Part shown: piece by piece, positions 1 through 8,659 of the stretch | How the letters are laid out: every line of letters starts with the position of its first letter | How positions within the stretch are numbered: the stretch's first letter is position 1 | Source: Candidatus Omnitrophota bacterium | Lineage (GTDB): Bacteria; Omnitrophota; Gorgyraeia; 2-01-FULL-45-10 | Direction of reading: 5' to 3' | Assembly (NCBI GenBank): GCA_023818895.1 | Contig: JAMWCX010000002.1 | Coordinates: 120,001 to 152,000 of the forward strand | DNA: 32,000 nt | Made by a program: the position numbers and the translations under genes | Notes under the pieces: generated by a model | Seen by the model: the letters and a program-made list of their open reading frames with translations, nothing else | The model's database searches: none | Told to the model about the DNA's origin: nothing

Positions 1-856
1 GAGACGCGGCAGCCGGCATGGACTTTGATGCTCCATCAGTTGCCGATTGCGCAGGTTCTTTTTTCGCCACCGGCGCGACCTTTATCCTCGTCACCGCTTC
101 TTTCGGCGGCTTTACGCCAAGAGAAGTCTTTATGCTCTCAAGCATATCCCTGGATTTTTCGGCTACCTCCTTAACCATAGCGCTCTTCTGCGGCTGGGCA
201 ATATTTATAACGGGTTTCCTCTTCACCGTAAAAGTTGGCGCCTCTTCCTTCCGCGTAAGACTCTCTTTTAGGTCTGAAGGCATAACCAAAAAACGACGGA
301 ACAAGCCCGAAAGAAAAGGTAATAAAAGAAATTCTGTGGCCAGAAGAAGCGATAAAAGGAAAAGGACCGCTATCACAACAAGCGCGCCTCCTCTGCCAAG
401 ATATTTTATTAAAAAATCAGAAAATACCAAGCCAACGACCCCGCCCAGGCTGAAACGAAAAGAGTTGTCGCCGCTTCCGATCATCGCAAATATGGAACTT
501 GAGGCAAGTATCAGAAAAAAGGTGCCAGATATTTTGAAGAGGATTTTTTGAGGGGTCACACCATAAAGTCTGGCTATCGCCCAAGAAATAACAAGTAGCG
601 GGATCACGTAAGAGCTCAGCCCCATAAGGAAAAAGAGCGCCCCTCCAACGTACATTCCGAATATACCGGCGAAATTCCTAAGGGGCAAGTTCGGCGAGGA
701 GGTGAACATCTTCAAATCCGAAAAGCTGAATGAGGCTAAACTTATAAGGATGAGTAAGGCAAGCGCGAAAAGTATTACCGCCTGTATCTCATTCCACCTC
801 TTGCTGGCAGATTTTTCCTCGCTTCTATTGTCAAGTCTTATATGATTTTTCGGCAT
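1..856 (-). CDS. ftsK: DNA translocase FtsK/SpoIIIE, N-terminal part only (5' partial; continues beyond window start)
   Basis: Absent from the supplied ORF track because it has no stop inside the window. The minus-strand ATG at 856..854 lies 2 nt after the uppP stop. My translation reads MPKNHIRLDNRSEEKSASKRWNEIQAVILFALALLILISLASF...NFAGIFGMYVGGALFFLMGLSSYVIPLLVISWAIARL...GGVVGLVFSDFLIKYLGRGGALVVIAVLFLL. That is a multi-pass membrane domain followed by a K/P/A-rich linker, as in FtsK N-termini. The motor domain is not visible. No clear SD sequence. Confidence 0.7.
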   Translation of the reverse strand, partial: MPKNHIRLDNRSEEKSASKRWNEIQAVILFALALLILISLASFSFSDLKMFTSSPNLPLRNFAGIFGMYVGGALFFLMGLSSYVIPLLVISWAIARLYGVTPQKILFKISGTFFLILASSSIFAMIGSGDNSFRFSLGGVVGLVFSDFLIKYLGRGGALVVIAVLFLLSLLLATEFLLLPFLSGLFRRFLVMPSDLKESLTRKEEAPTFTVKRKPVINIAQPQKSAMVKEVAEKSRDMLESIKTSLGVKPPKEAVTRIKVAPVAKKEPAQSATDGASKSMPAAAS

Positions 857-858
857 GG

Positions 859-1629
859 CTATGTTATTATTATAACGAGCGCACCAACTAAAATGCAATA
901 TATTCCGAAGACATAAAGTTTATTATCCTTTACCACTCTTAAAAGGACATCTATAGCAAATAAGCCCACCACCATTGCGACGAAACCACCCGCAAGGAAT
1001 GAAGCAGCATCGCCCGAAAGAAGGTTATGGCCGATCCTATAGGCCTTTAAGAAGGTGGCGCCCAAGATGGCTGGTACCGAAAGAAGAAATGAAAATCTAA
1101 AAGCGGTATGATGATTAAGCCCTGCCAGTATACCTGTCGATATAGTAAGGCCGCTTCTCGATATGCCCGGAACTATCGCTATGCCTTGCGCAATACCTAT
1201 TACGACAGAATTTAACGCTCCTAGTTTCTTATCGGAATTGTGCCTTTTAAAATGCGAATAAAGGCTTGTAAAGATGAGAATAGCCCCCGTCACCAACATC
1301 ATGGCCCCAGACAGTTTTGGCATTCCGAAAAAATGCTCCACTGGTTCTTTAAAAAAGAACCCTATTATGAAGGTCGGCAGCGATGCTATTAATATGCAGA
1401 GAACGGTTTTTTTATCTTTGCCGAAAAGCCAATATATGTCACGGCGAAAATATACAATAACTGAGATTAGCGTGCCAAGATGAAGGAATATATCGAATGC
1501 CAGCTGAGGTTCCTTCAACCCGAAGAGCGCCTGACATATCACAAGATGCCCGGAGCTGGACACAGGAAAAAATTCCGTCAGCCCCTGCAAGACACCCAAT
1601 ACCACAGCCTCAAAAGGAGCCATTATCAT
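859..1629 (-). CDS. uppP: undecaprenyl-diphosphate phosphatase (UppP/BacA)
   Basis: 256 aa polytopic membrane protein. The N-terminus [14 protein letters not shown] and the internal PGISRSG motif are typical of the UppP family. The ATG start forms an ATGA overlap with the dut stop. Confidence 0.93.
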   Translation of the reverse strand: MIMAPFEAVVLGVLQGLTEFFPVSSSGHLVICQALFGLKEPQLAFDIFLHLGTLISVIVYFRRDIYWLFGKDKKTVLCILIASLPTFIIGFFFKEPVEHFFGMPKLSGAMMLVTGAILIFTSLYSHFKRHNSDKKLGALNSVVIGIAQGIAIVPGISRSGLTISTGILAGLNHHTAFRFSFLLSVPAILGATFLKAYRIGHNLLSGDAASFLAGGFVAMVVGLFAIDVLLRVVKDNKLYVFGIYCILVGALVIIIT

Positions 1630-2075
1630 CTCCCCGTATGACCGAAACCGCCGGCGGATCTTAATGTGCTATCAAGCTCCTCAACCAATTCTATATCGGC
1701 CCTGATAACCTCTTTTATCACCATTTGCGCTATGCGGTCACCGCGCCTTATCCTGAAAGCCTCTTTACCGTGGTTTATCATTATGAGGCCCACCAAGCCC
1801 CTGTAATCAGAGTCTATAGTCCCAGGTGTATTCACAAGGCTTATTCCATGTTTTAACGCAAGTCCGCTTCTGGGTCTTATTTCGGCTTCATAACCTTCCG
1901 GTATGCTCAAATAAATGCCAGCCGAAACAAGCTTTGTCTCGCCTGGCAACAAGGTGATTTCCCCATCAACATCAGCGTAAAGGTCCATACCGCTTGAGCC
2001 GGAGGTGGTGTAACGTGGAAGCGGCAGGTCTTCGCACCCTTTTTTTACTTTAAGACAAATCTTCGCGCGTTTCAC
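1626..2075 (-). CDS. dut: dUTP diphosphatase (dUTPase)
   Basis: Motifs [17 protein letters not shown] and C-terminal GGFGHTG. The ORF-track start at 2144 is a TTG lying inside the right arm of the pnp terminator hairpin. GTG at 2075 is preceded by caGGAAAa and gives the usual ~149 aa length. The exact start remains uncertain; ATT at 2060 is also possible. Confidence 0.88.
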   Translation of the reverse strand: MKRAKICLKVKKGCEDLPLPRYTTSGSSGMDLYADVDGEITLLPGETKLVSAGIYLSIPEGYEAEIRPRSGLALKHGISLVNTPGTIDSDYRGLVGLIMINHGKEAFRIRRGDRIAQMVIKEVIRADIELVEELDSTLRSAGGFGHTGR

Positions 2076-2123
2076 TTTTCCTGTAAATATTCTCGCTTGA
2101 TTTGACTGATTCCGCCGGGACGC

Positions 2124-2181
2124 AAAAAATTCGCAAAAACGCAAAATGTCATCAGTTGCTCTGCGCCTTTGCGATTTTGCG
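2124..2181 (-). terminator. putative intrinsic terminator after pnp (long imperfect hairpin plus T-run)
   Basis: Minus strand: CGCAAAAtCGCAAA (2181..2168), a ~22-nt loop, TTTGCGtTTTTGCG (2145..2132), then aaTTTTTT (2129..2124). The stem is 13 of 14 positions paired, but the large loop makes it weaker than a textbook terminator. Confidence 0.45.
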
Positions 2182-2207
2182 GCGATGCGGATAGTTCTGT
2201 CATCGCC

Positions 2208-4367
2208 TTAACTTCTATGCTCCCGTTTGTGAGGTCTCTCGCGCCTTGGCTCCGAGCCGCCACTCTCTGCTTTTGTCGTCGGCACGTAATTGGGATCGGC
2301 CTGCTTTATAGACAAATTGATGCGCCCCTGTTCGTCTATTTCGATGCACTTAACGGTAACGACATCGCCTACCTTAACAACCTCTTCCACATTCTTCACA
2401 AATCTCGGAGCAAGTTCGGACACATGGATAAGGCCTTCCTTGCCGGGCAAAATCTCGCAGAATGCTCCAAAGTTCATGAGCCTGGTTATCTTACCGCTGT
2501 AAATCTTCCCGACCTCCGCCTCCTCAACCATGCCTTTTATGGCGGCCACCGCCTTCGCGATCGCCGAACCGTCCTGAGAAGCAACCTGAACCACTCCCTC
2601 ATCATCAATATCTATGGTACATCCGGTGTCCGCTATTATCTTCTTTATATTTTTCCCGCCCGGCCCTATCACGGTACCTATCTTATCCTGGCTTATCTTG
2701 AAAGTTTCGATATGCGGGGCAAACTCAGATATCTTGTCTTTAGGTTTGGCGATGGCCTGCATCATCTTATCCATAATGAAAAGCCGGGCTGCGCGGGCAT
2801 CCGCTAACGCCCTCTTGATAAGATCCACCGATATGCCTTGAATCTTCAGGTCCATTTGGACAGCCGTTATACCGTCGACCGTCCCTGCGACCTTGAAATC
2901 CATATCGCCATAATGGTCCTCAACGCCGCCTATATCTGTCAGTATTATCTCCTGATCCCCTTCTTTAATCAGCCCCATCGCTATGCCGCTGACGGGTTTC
3001 GAGATAGGCACACCGGCATCCATGAGAGAAAGAGAGCTCGCGCACACAGTGGCCATGCTGGAAGAACCGTTGGACTCAAGGATATCCGAAACAACCCTGA
3101 TGGTGTATGGGAATTTCTCCTTGCTCGGCATTACCGGTTTAAGCGCCCTTTCAGCAAGCGCACCGTGACCTATCTCACGTCTTCCTGGGCCCCTCATCGG
3201 CCTAGCCTCTCCGACCGAGAATGGCGGGAAATTGTAATGAAGCATAAAGCTCTTCTGAAACTCGCCTTCGAGAGCCTCGATTATCTGCTCATCCGCGCTT
3301 GTGCCGAGTGTTGTCACAGAAAGACTCTGTGTCTGGCCGCGTGTAAAAAGACCGGATCCGTGTGTCCTTGGAAGCACCCCTACTTCGCAGGTTATCTGCC
3401 GTATTTCATCGAATCTTCTACCGTCTACGCGTCTCTTCTTGTCTATTATAAAACGCCTTACATTCTCATCTTCCACCTCAATAAGAGCGTTTTTGACATC
3501 TTTTTCGGTGACACCTGATCCTTCACTCACCAGCTGGGCTATCAGTTCCTTCGAGAGAAGGTCCATAGCCTCTTCCCTCTGCTCCTTGGTGCTGAGCCTA
3601 TTTATCTCATCAAGCCTTGCGCTGGAAGCCTCTTTTACTTTGGCAAGCAGCCCCTCGTCAACCTTGTACACCTTATAATTCCTCTTCTTCACATCAAGTT
3701 CTCGCGCCATACGCTCCTGCAGCTCTATAATAGGCTGGAGCTCTTTCTGGCCAAACGCGATAGCCTCCGCGATTATATCCTCGCCCAACTCTTTAGAGCC
3801 AGATTCTATCATTATTACATTTGACCGGGTACCAGCAACCACCAGATCCAAGTCGCTTGTTTCAAGCTCCTTGAACGTGGGATTTATAATGAATTTTCCG
3901 CCTATCCTGCCAACTCTCAGAGCCCCTATAGGACCACCGAATGGTATATCGGATATCGATAAAGCCGTCGAAGCTCCAATCATCGCCAGAATGTCGGAGT
4001 CATTTTCTCCGTCACTGGACAGGACCATAGCGACTATCTGCACGTCATTCATAAAACCTTTGGGGAATAAAGGCCTTATGGGCCTATCTATGAGTCTGGA
4101 TGTAAGTATCTCCTTTTCGGTAGGCCTGCCTTCGCGCTTGAACCAACCTCCCGGAATCTTGCCTGCCGCGTAGGTCTTCTCCTGATATTCTACTGTCAAA
4201 GGGAAAAAATCAATGCCTTCCCTGAGATCCTTTGAACATACCGCCGTGACAAGCACTACCGTACCGCCAAGCTGGACAGTGACCGCTCCATCCGCTTGTT
4301 TGGCCATACGGCCTGTCTCTATTATAATATTGCCACCGCCTAATTTAGTTTCGTATCTTTTTATCAT
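2208..4367 (-). CDS. pnp: polyribonucleotide nucleotidyltransferase (PNPase)
   Basis: ~719 aa with two RNase PH-like domains, a KH domain (GPGGKNIKKI) and an S1 domain (GKITRLMNFGAFCEILPGKEGLIHVSEL). The ORF-track start at 4400 is a TTG inside the upstream terminator hairpin. ATG at 4367 (MIKRYETKLGG...) is preceded by AAGGAAG and matches typical PNPase N-termini. Confidence 0.95.
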   Translation of the reverse strand: MIKRYETKLGGGNIIIETGRMAKQADGAVTVQLGGTVVLVTAVCSKDLREGIDFFPLTVEYQEKTYAAGKIPGGWFKREGRPTEKEILTSRLIDRPIRPLFPKGFMNDVQIVAMVLSSDGENDSDILAMIGASTALSISDIPFGGPIGALRVGRIGGKFIINPTFKELETSDLDLVVAGTRSNVIMIESGSKELGEDIIAEAIAFGQKELQPIIELQERMARELDVKKRNYKVYKVDEGLLAKVKEASSARLDEINRLSTKEQREEAMDLLSKELIAQLVSEGSGVTEKDVKNALIEVEDENVRRFIIDKKRRVDGRRFDEIRQITCEVGVLPRTHGSGLFTRGQTQSLSVTTLGTSADEQIIEALEGEFQKSFMLHYNFPPFSVGEARPMRGPGRREIGHGALAERALKPVMPSKEKFPYTIRVVSDILESNGSSSMATVCASSLSLMDAGVPISKPVSGIAMGLIKEGDQEIILTDIGGVEDHYGDMDFKVAGTVDGITAVQMDLKIQGISVDLIKRALADARAARLFIMDKMMQAIAKPKDKISEFAPHIETFKISQDKIGTVIGPGGKNIKKIIADTGCTIDIDDEGVVQVASQDGSAIAKAVAAIKGMVEEAEVGKIYSGKITRLMNFGAFCEILPGKEGLIHVSELAPRFVKNVEEVVKVGDVVTVKCIEIDEQGRINLSIKQADPNYVPTTKAESGGSEPRRERPHKREHRS

Positions 4368-4385
4368 GTCTTCCTTTTCGCGCAT

Positions 4386-4425
4386 AAAAAAATGCGCCAA
4401 CGATGAACTCTCCGTTCGTGCGCAT
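4386..4425 (-). terminator. terminator/attenuator-like hairpin plus U-tract in the rpsO-pnp leader
   Basis: Minus strand: ATGCGC-ACGA...TCGT-tg-GCGCAT (4425..4392) followed by TTTTTT (4391..4386). It ends about 19 nt before the pnp ATG. Confidence 0.55.
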
Positions 4426-4430
4426 AATCG

Positions 4431-4451
4431 AGCCTGCTCTTGGAGCAGGCT
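4431..4451 (-). promoter_or_regulatory. stable stem-loop immediately after the rpsO stop (no U-tract)
   Basis: Minus strand AGCCTGCTC-caa-GAGCAGGCT: a perfect 9-bp stem with a 3-nt loop, followed by cgattatg and no T-run. Candidate RNA stability or processing element. Confidence 0.5.
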
Positions 4452-4453
4452 TA

Positions 4454-4723
4454 TTATTTCCTAAGATCTAATTTCTTAAGAAGCCCCTGGTATTCCTTCA
4501 GGTCCTTCTTCTTCAGATATTCGAGGAGCCTTCTGCGTATCGACACCATGCGCAGAAGCCCCTGCCTGGAATGATGATCGCGCTTGTGCTCCTTGAAATG
4601 CGACGAAAGAGAGTTTATCCTTTCGGTAAGCAGGGCTATCTGGACGCTCGGCGAACCGGTATCCTTCTCGCTTGCCTTAAAGGACTTTATTATCTCTTTC
4701 TTCTTCTCTTTCACTAATGCCAT
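4454..4723 (-). CDS. rpsO: 30S ribosomal protein S15
   Basis: 89 aa. The sequence ...[51 protein letters not shown] is a clear bS15 family match. ATG start with AAGAGGG SD. Confidence 0.97.
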   Translation of the reverse strand: MALVKEKKKEIIKSFKASEKDTGSPSVQIALLTERINSLSSHFKEHKRDHHSRQGLLRMVSIRRRLLEYLKKKDLKEYQGLLKKLDLRK

Positions 4724-4748
4724 CTCTTTTCCCTCTTTATCATTTTTG

Positions 4749-4754
4749 ATTATA
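4749..4754 (-). promoter_or_regulatory. candidate -10 box for rpsO (perfect TATAAT, no good -35)
   Basis: Minus-strand TATAAT at 4754..4749, about 25 nt upstream of the rpsO ATG. A second TATAAT sits at 4772..4767. No convincing -35 at 17-18 nt spacing. Confidence 0.3.
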
Positions 4755-4870
4755 CTAACATAGCCGATTATAAAAGTAAAGAGTTTATTTTTAAATGTCA
4801 GCTAAATCCAAGAATATAATGGCCTCTGATACAACCGCAAAAACCCTATCAGATATGGCTAAAAATGGAG

Positions 4871-4900
4871 TTGACCGCGCCGCCTCAAACGTGGTATCCT
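4871..4900 (+). promoter_or_regulatory. candidate sigma70-type promoter for the DUF2148 gene
   Basis: TTGACC (4871..4876), an 18-nt spacer, then TGgTATCCT (extended -10, hexamer 4895..4900), 24 nt upstream of ATG 4924. Upstream lies the inverted repeat TCTGATA-N15-TATCAGA (4825..4853). Confidence 0.35.
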
Positions 4901-4923
4901 TTATTTGAAAGCAGAAATAAAAA

Positions 4924-5451
4924 ATGAAAAATTCCGACCAGCTTGAAAAGGACGCGGCGCTCAACATAGCGGCCCTTATGGCCGCCGCGGCAAGGACCGC
5001 TCCCAAGACAAGAGGCATCGACAATATCCAGGTAATATCCATCGACGATGAAATTACAAGGGCAAAGATAATCAGCAAAATGAGGGATATTGCTAAAGCT
5101 GAGAATCGGTCTAGTTTCGAGCGCGACGCTCAATCTATCGCTGCATCTCCAGTCATCATAGCCATAGGCGTCAAGGCTAATCCTGCCGGCTTGAATTGCG
5201 GCTTCTGCGGCTACGCCGCATGCGCAGAACTTGGTAAGACAAATGGAATATGTTCTTTTAATTCCATTGATCTCGGAATAGCTGCAGCTTCAGCGGTCAT
5301 GATCGCCTCGTCATTTCATATCGACAACAGATTGATGTATTCGATTGGCAGAGCGTGCCTTGATCTTGGGCTTCTCGGCGCGGATGTTCAGCAGGCCCTC
5401 GGAATACCGTTAAGCGTAACCGGCAAGAACCCGTTTTTCGACAGAAAATAA
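4924..5451 (+). CDS. DUF2148-type ferredoxin-domain protein (uncharacterised; Cys motif CGFCGYAAC...C)
   Basis: 175 aa. It shows AARTAPKTRG near the N-terminus, a CxxCxxxxC cluster plus a fourth Cys (LNCGFCGYAACAELGKTNGICS), and the C-terminus GIPLSVTGKNPFFDRK, which I recognise from DUF2148 proteins. It is the only plus-strand gene in the window. Confidence 0.75.
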   Translation: MKNSDQLEKDAALNIAALMAAAARTAPKTRGIDNIQVISIDDEITRAKIISKMRDIAKAENRSSFERDAQSIAASPVIIAIGVKANPAGLNCGFCGYAACAELGKTNGICSFNSIDLGIAAASAVMIASSFHIDNRLMYSIGRACLDLGLLGADVQQALGIPLSVTGKNPFFDRK

Positions 5452-5468
5452 AACTGAAAAATCACAAG

Positions 5469-5519
5469 AAGTCCGCAAAAAAGCAAAATATGTATTTTGC
5501 GTTTTTGCGGACTTTTTTT
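5469..5519. terminator. bidirectional intrinsic terminator between convergent DUF2148 gene and rpsA
   Basis: AAGTCCGCAAAAAAGCAAAATA (5469..5490), loop tg, TATTTTGCGTTTTTGCGGACTT (5493..5514): a 22-bp stem with one mismatch, followed by TTTTT on the plus strand. The minus-strand side has a moderately U-rich tail (cuugugauuuuucaguuuuauuuuc). Confidence 0.8.
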
Positions 5520-5539
5520 CTAAGATTATTGACAGCCGG

Positions 5540-7141
5540 TCACTTCAGGCTCAAGGCGATCTTATGCTGCAGCGAATCAACCTTTATCACTCTGGCTTTA
5601 AGCTCGTCGCCAACCTTGAACTTTGTCTCAAGGCTCTCCCCCTCGCCAAGAGGTATTTCAGATATGTGCGCAAGTCCTTCGAGGTCCTTATCTATTTCTA
5701 TAAACAACCCGAAGTTTGCGACCTTTGTCACCCTGCCCTGAACTAATGTTTCTGGCGGAAACTTCGCAGCTATATCATCCCACGGATCGGCTGTCAGCTG
5801 TTTTATGCCAAGAGATATCCTCCTATTGGCTGCGTCAACCGCAAGGACAACTGCCTCTATCTTCTCGCCCTTCTTGAATACATCCTTAGGATGACCGATG
5901 CGTTTGGTCCACGATATGTCGGAAACATGAACCAGGCCATCGATACCATCCTCCAGCTCCACGAATGCTCCATAATCAGTAAGGTTCCTCACCTTCCCCT
6001 TGACTTTCTGGCCGACTGAGTATTTCTTTTCGACCTCAAGCCACGGATTCGACTCAAGCTGCTTCAAGCCTAACGAGATCTTCTTATTCTGCTTGTCGGT
6101 GTCCAGCACCTGAACCTCTATCCTGTCACCGATAGCCAAAAGCTCGTTTGGGTTTGTATACTTTTTGGTCCAAGACAACTCCGAGATATGCAGCAACCCC
6201 TCCACACCCTTCTCGAGCTCAACGAAAGCGCCGTAAGGTACGAGGTTTACTACGGTACCTTTGACCTTGCTTCCTACAGGGTACTTAGTTTCAACACTCT
6301 CCCATGGATTCTGCGTCTTCTGCTTAAGGCCTAAGGAGATCCTTGATGTGTTCGCGTCAAAATCGAGTACGACGACCTCGATCTTGTCTCCTATCGCAAG
6401 AACCTCGCTCGGATGGGAAATCCTGCCCCAGCTCATATCGGTTATATGCAAAAGGCCGATTATGCCGCCCTCTATTTCGACGAAGGCGCCGAAATCGGTG
6501 ATGTTCCGTACGATGCCGGAGACTATCGAACCTTTCTGGAGGGTTTCGAACAGTTTTTTTCGGTCCTCTTCTCTCTGCTGAATCATGGCGTCCTTGCGTG
6601 ATACCACAATATTTCTGCGGGCTTTATTTATCTTCACTATCTTAAATGGAAACACCTGCCCCATGAGCTGGTTAAGATTACTGAAGGTTTTAGAGCCAGC
6701 GAGGCTTGCCGGCAAAAAGGCCTCAACTCCTATATTGACCATGAAACCGCCCTTGACCTTTTTAGAGACCTTGCCTTCGACCGTATCTCCTTCGCCGTAT
6801 TTCGATATAACGGTCTCCCACCCCACGGCGCGTTCAGCCTTCTGTTTCGAAAGCACTACCATACCATTGTCGTCTTCTTTGGACTCAAGATATACGTCTA
6901 TCTCATCGCCAACTTTAATCGATTCAGGGTCTGAGAACTCGCTTATTGGTATTATACCCTCTGACTTGTATCCTATATCTACGAGCACATCCTTTGCGTT
7001 GATGCTCAGGATACGCCCTTTCAGGACCTGCCCTTCCTTTATGGATACTATACTATCCTGATAAAGCTTGGCAAAGTCCTCAGAGCCCTCACCTCCCTTC
7101 TCAACGTTTTCCGTTTCTTTTAAACCATTATTTTCCACCAT
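5540..7141 (-). CDS. rpsA: 30S ribosomal protein S1 (six S1 domains)
   Basis: 533 aa with six recognisable S1 repeats, for example GSIVSGIVRNITDFGAFVEI...GLLHITDMSW, GSKVKGTVVNLVPYGAFVEL and GQKVKGKVRNLTDYGAFVEL. The ATG start lies 3 nt after the ispH stop. Confidence 0.95.
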   Translation of the reverse strand: MVENNGLKETENVEKGGEGSEDFAKLYQDSIVSIKEGQVLKGRILSINAKDVLVDIGYKSEGIIPISEFSDPESIKVGDEIDVYLESKEDDNGMVVLSKQKAERAVGWETVISKYGEGDTVEGKVSKKVKGGFMVNIGVEAFLPASLAGSKTFSNLNQLMGQVFPFKIVKINKARRNIVVSRKDAMIQQREEDRKKLFETLQKGSIVSGIVRNITDFGAFVEIEGGIIGLLHITDMSWGRISHPSEVLAIGDKIEVVVLDFDANTSRISLGLKQKTQNPWESVETKYPVGSKVKGTVVNLVPYGAFVELEKGVEGLLHISELSWTKKYTNPNELLAIGDRIEVQVLDTDKQNKKISLGLKQLESNPWLEVEKKYSVGQKVKGKVRNLTDYGAFVELEDGIDGLVHVSDISWTKRIGHPKDVFKKGEKIEAVVLAVDAANRRISLGIKQLTADPWDDIAAKFPPETLVQGRVTKVANFGLFIEIDKDLEGLAHISEIPLGEGESLETKFKVGDELKARVIKVDSLQHKIALSLK

Positions 7142-7144
7142 CTG

Positions 7145-7996
7145 TTACACAACCCCTTTCCTATGGATTTTATTTACCACACTTTGTACTGCTTGGCCAG
7201 GCGTAGAAGCGCCGCTTGCCACTCCGACTACCCTGACCTTGTTGTTAAACCACGCCTCTCTCAACTCACTATCGTTTTCGATAAGGCGCGAATTCTTCTG
7301 CAATTTTCTGCATACGTCAAAGAGCCTCCTTGTGTTGGCGCTATTGCGGCCGCCGATTATAAGCATAAGGTCAACATTAGCGGCAAGATCGCTTGCCATG
7401 GTCTGCCGCTGGTCGGCATCGTGGCATATCGTATTGAATACCCTCAATTCTTTGGGTTTCTTTTCCAGTATTCCATTGACAGTATCAAGGAAATTGGCAG
7501 CTGATTGCGTGGTCTGCGACAAGACGCTCACCTTGGAATCTTCCTTGATCTTCAGGGCGCACGCTTCTTTTCTATTCTTTATGACAGACACGTTCGGAGC
7601 GGCATAGTCAACAAGCGCCCTGACCTCAGGATGATCGGCATCCCCCACTATGACTACTTGATAGCCCTCCTCTTTAAGACGCCTTGCAACCTTCTGCGCC
7701 TTCAGAACGAATGGACACGTCGTATCGATGACCTGCAACCCCTTTTTATTTATGGCGGCTATGACCTTAGGGCTTATACCATGCGACGATATCAGCACGG
7801 GACCGTCCTTTATTTGGCCGATCGTTTTTACCGCCTTGAGCCCTTTACGTGAAAGACATTCCACCACTTGTCTATTGTGAATTATAGAACCAAGAGAATA
7901 TATCCGCTTATTTCTCTTAAGCGCCTCTTCAGCCATCCTGACTGCGCGCTTTACGCCGAAACAGAAACCTATCCTTTTGGCAAGTATGACCTTCAC
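7145..7996 (-). CDS. ispH: 4-hydroxy-3-methylbut-2-enyl diphosphate reductase (IspH/LytB)
   Basis: N-terminus KVILAKRIGFCFGVKRAV, then ...TTCPFV..., SQTT and ...ASGASTP, all typical IspH motifs. I place the start at GTG 7996, which has an AAGGTGG SD 7 nt upstream and a GTGA overlap with the plsC stop. The ORF-track start at 8053 would overlap plsC by 61 nt. Confidence 0.9.
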   Translation of the reverse strand: MKVILAKRIGFCFGVKRAVRMAEEALKRNKRIYSLGSIIHNRQVVECLSRKGLKAVKTIGQIKDGPVLISSHGISPKVIAAINKKGLQVIDTTCPFVLKAQKVARRLKEEGYQVVIVGDADHPEVRALVDYAAPNVSVIKNRKEACALKIKEDSKVSVLSQTTQSAANFLDTVNGILEKKPKELRVFNTICHDADQRQTMASDLAANVDLMLIIGGRNSANTRRLFDVCRKLQKNSRLIENDSELREAWFNNKVRVVGVASGASTPGQAVQSVVNKIHRKGVV

Positions 7997-8658
7997 CCAG
8001 TGACCACCTTTTCGAATCGCTTCTGCGCATCGCTTGCGCTCGATCTCTCGCATTCATATTTAAGATCTGCTATGGCAGACATTATCTCGTCACTTATCTT
8101 TTGATATACCAGCCTATCGTTTTTATTAGAAACGTCGTCGGCAAAATGAAGAGGCCTGCCAATGTAGATTTTTACCGGATGTCTCTTCAATGTTTTAACA
8201 CCGCGGGGCAAAGCCTCAAAAGAGCCTTCTATGTAAGCTGGGATCACCGGCACACCGGATTTTGCCGCTATGAAACCTATGCCTGGCTTGGCCCTTTTAA
8301 GCTGAGCATCCTCGCTCCGCGTACCTTCTGGGAATATTACCAATCCCTTGTTGGTCTTAAGAAGCCTTAATGCCTGTCGCAGGGCACCCACATCGCCTTC
8401 ACCTCGTCTTACAGGGAAGGCTTGCACCTTTGGAAGCGCCCATCCGAGGAAACCTTCCTTGAAAAGGTCCTCGCGAGCCATGTAATTTAGGCTCCTGTAA
8501 ATTGATATACCCAGGAGTATGGGATCGAGATAACTCGTATGATTGGACGCAAATATGAATGCACCCTTTGCCGGCACATTTTCGCGACCTACCACCTTTA
8601 CGCCCAGATAAAGCTTAAAAACTATTAGAAAAAAAAGCCAACCTATGAAATACCACAT
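7993..8658 (-). CDS. plsC: 1-acyl-sn-glycerol-3-phosphate acyltransferase
   Basis: 221 aa with an N-terminal TM helix, the acyltransferase motifs NHTSYLDP (HX4D) and FPEGTRS, and an ATG start. Confidence 0.88.
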   Translation of the reverse strand: MWYFIGWLFFLIVFKLYLGVKVVGRENVPAKGAFIFASNHTSYLDPILLGISIYRSLNYMAREDLFKEGFLGWALPKVQAFPVRRGEGDVGALRQALRLLKTNKGLVIFPEGTRSEDAQLKRAKPGIGFIAAKSGVPVIPAYIEGSFEALPRGVKTLKRHPVKIYIGRPLHFADDVSNKNDRLVYQKISDEIMSAIADLKYECERSSASDAQKRFEKVVTG

Positions 8659-8659
8659 C

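Noticed and set aside
18-551. 177-aa plus-strand ORF (and the nested 47..271 ORF) at the window start
   Set aside because: It lies entirely antisense to a much better minus-strand reading frame, which encodes an FtsK-type N-terminal membrane domain starting at 856. The plus-frame product is low-complexity (R/K/P/S-rich) and resembles no family.
2169-3518. Long plus-strand ORFs antisense to pnp (2169..2807 at 212 aa, 2838..3518 at 226 aa, and others)
   Set aside because: They sit opposite a strongly supported PNPase frame, have no recognisable domains, SD or promoter, and show the composition typical of shadow ORFs.
4791-5133. Minus-strand ORFs 4791..5078 and 4885..5133 in the rpsO / DUF2148 divergent region
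   Set aside because: They are antisense to the DUF2148 coding frame, which has family-typical N- and C-terminal motifs. They run through the promoter region and have no SD or recognisable features.
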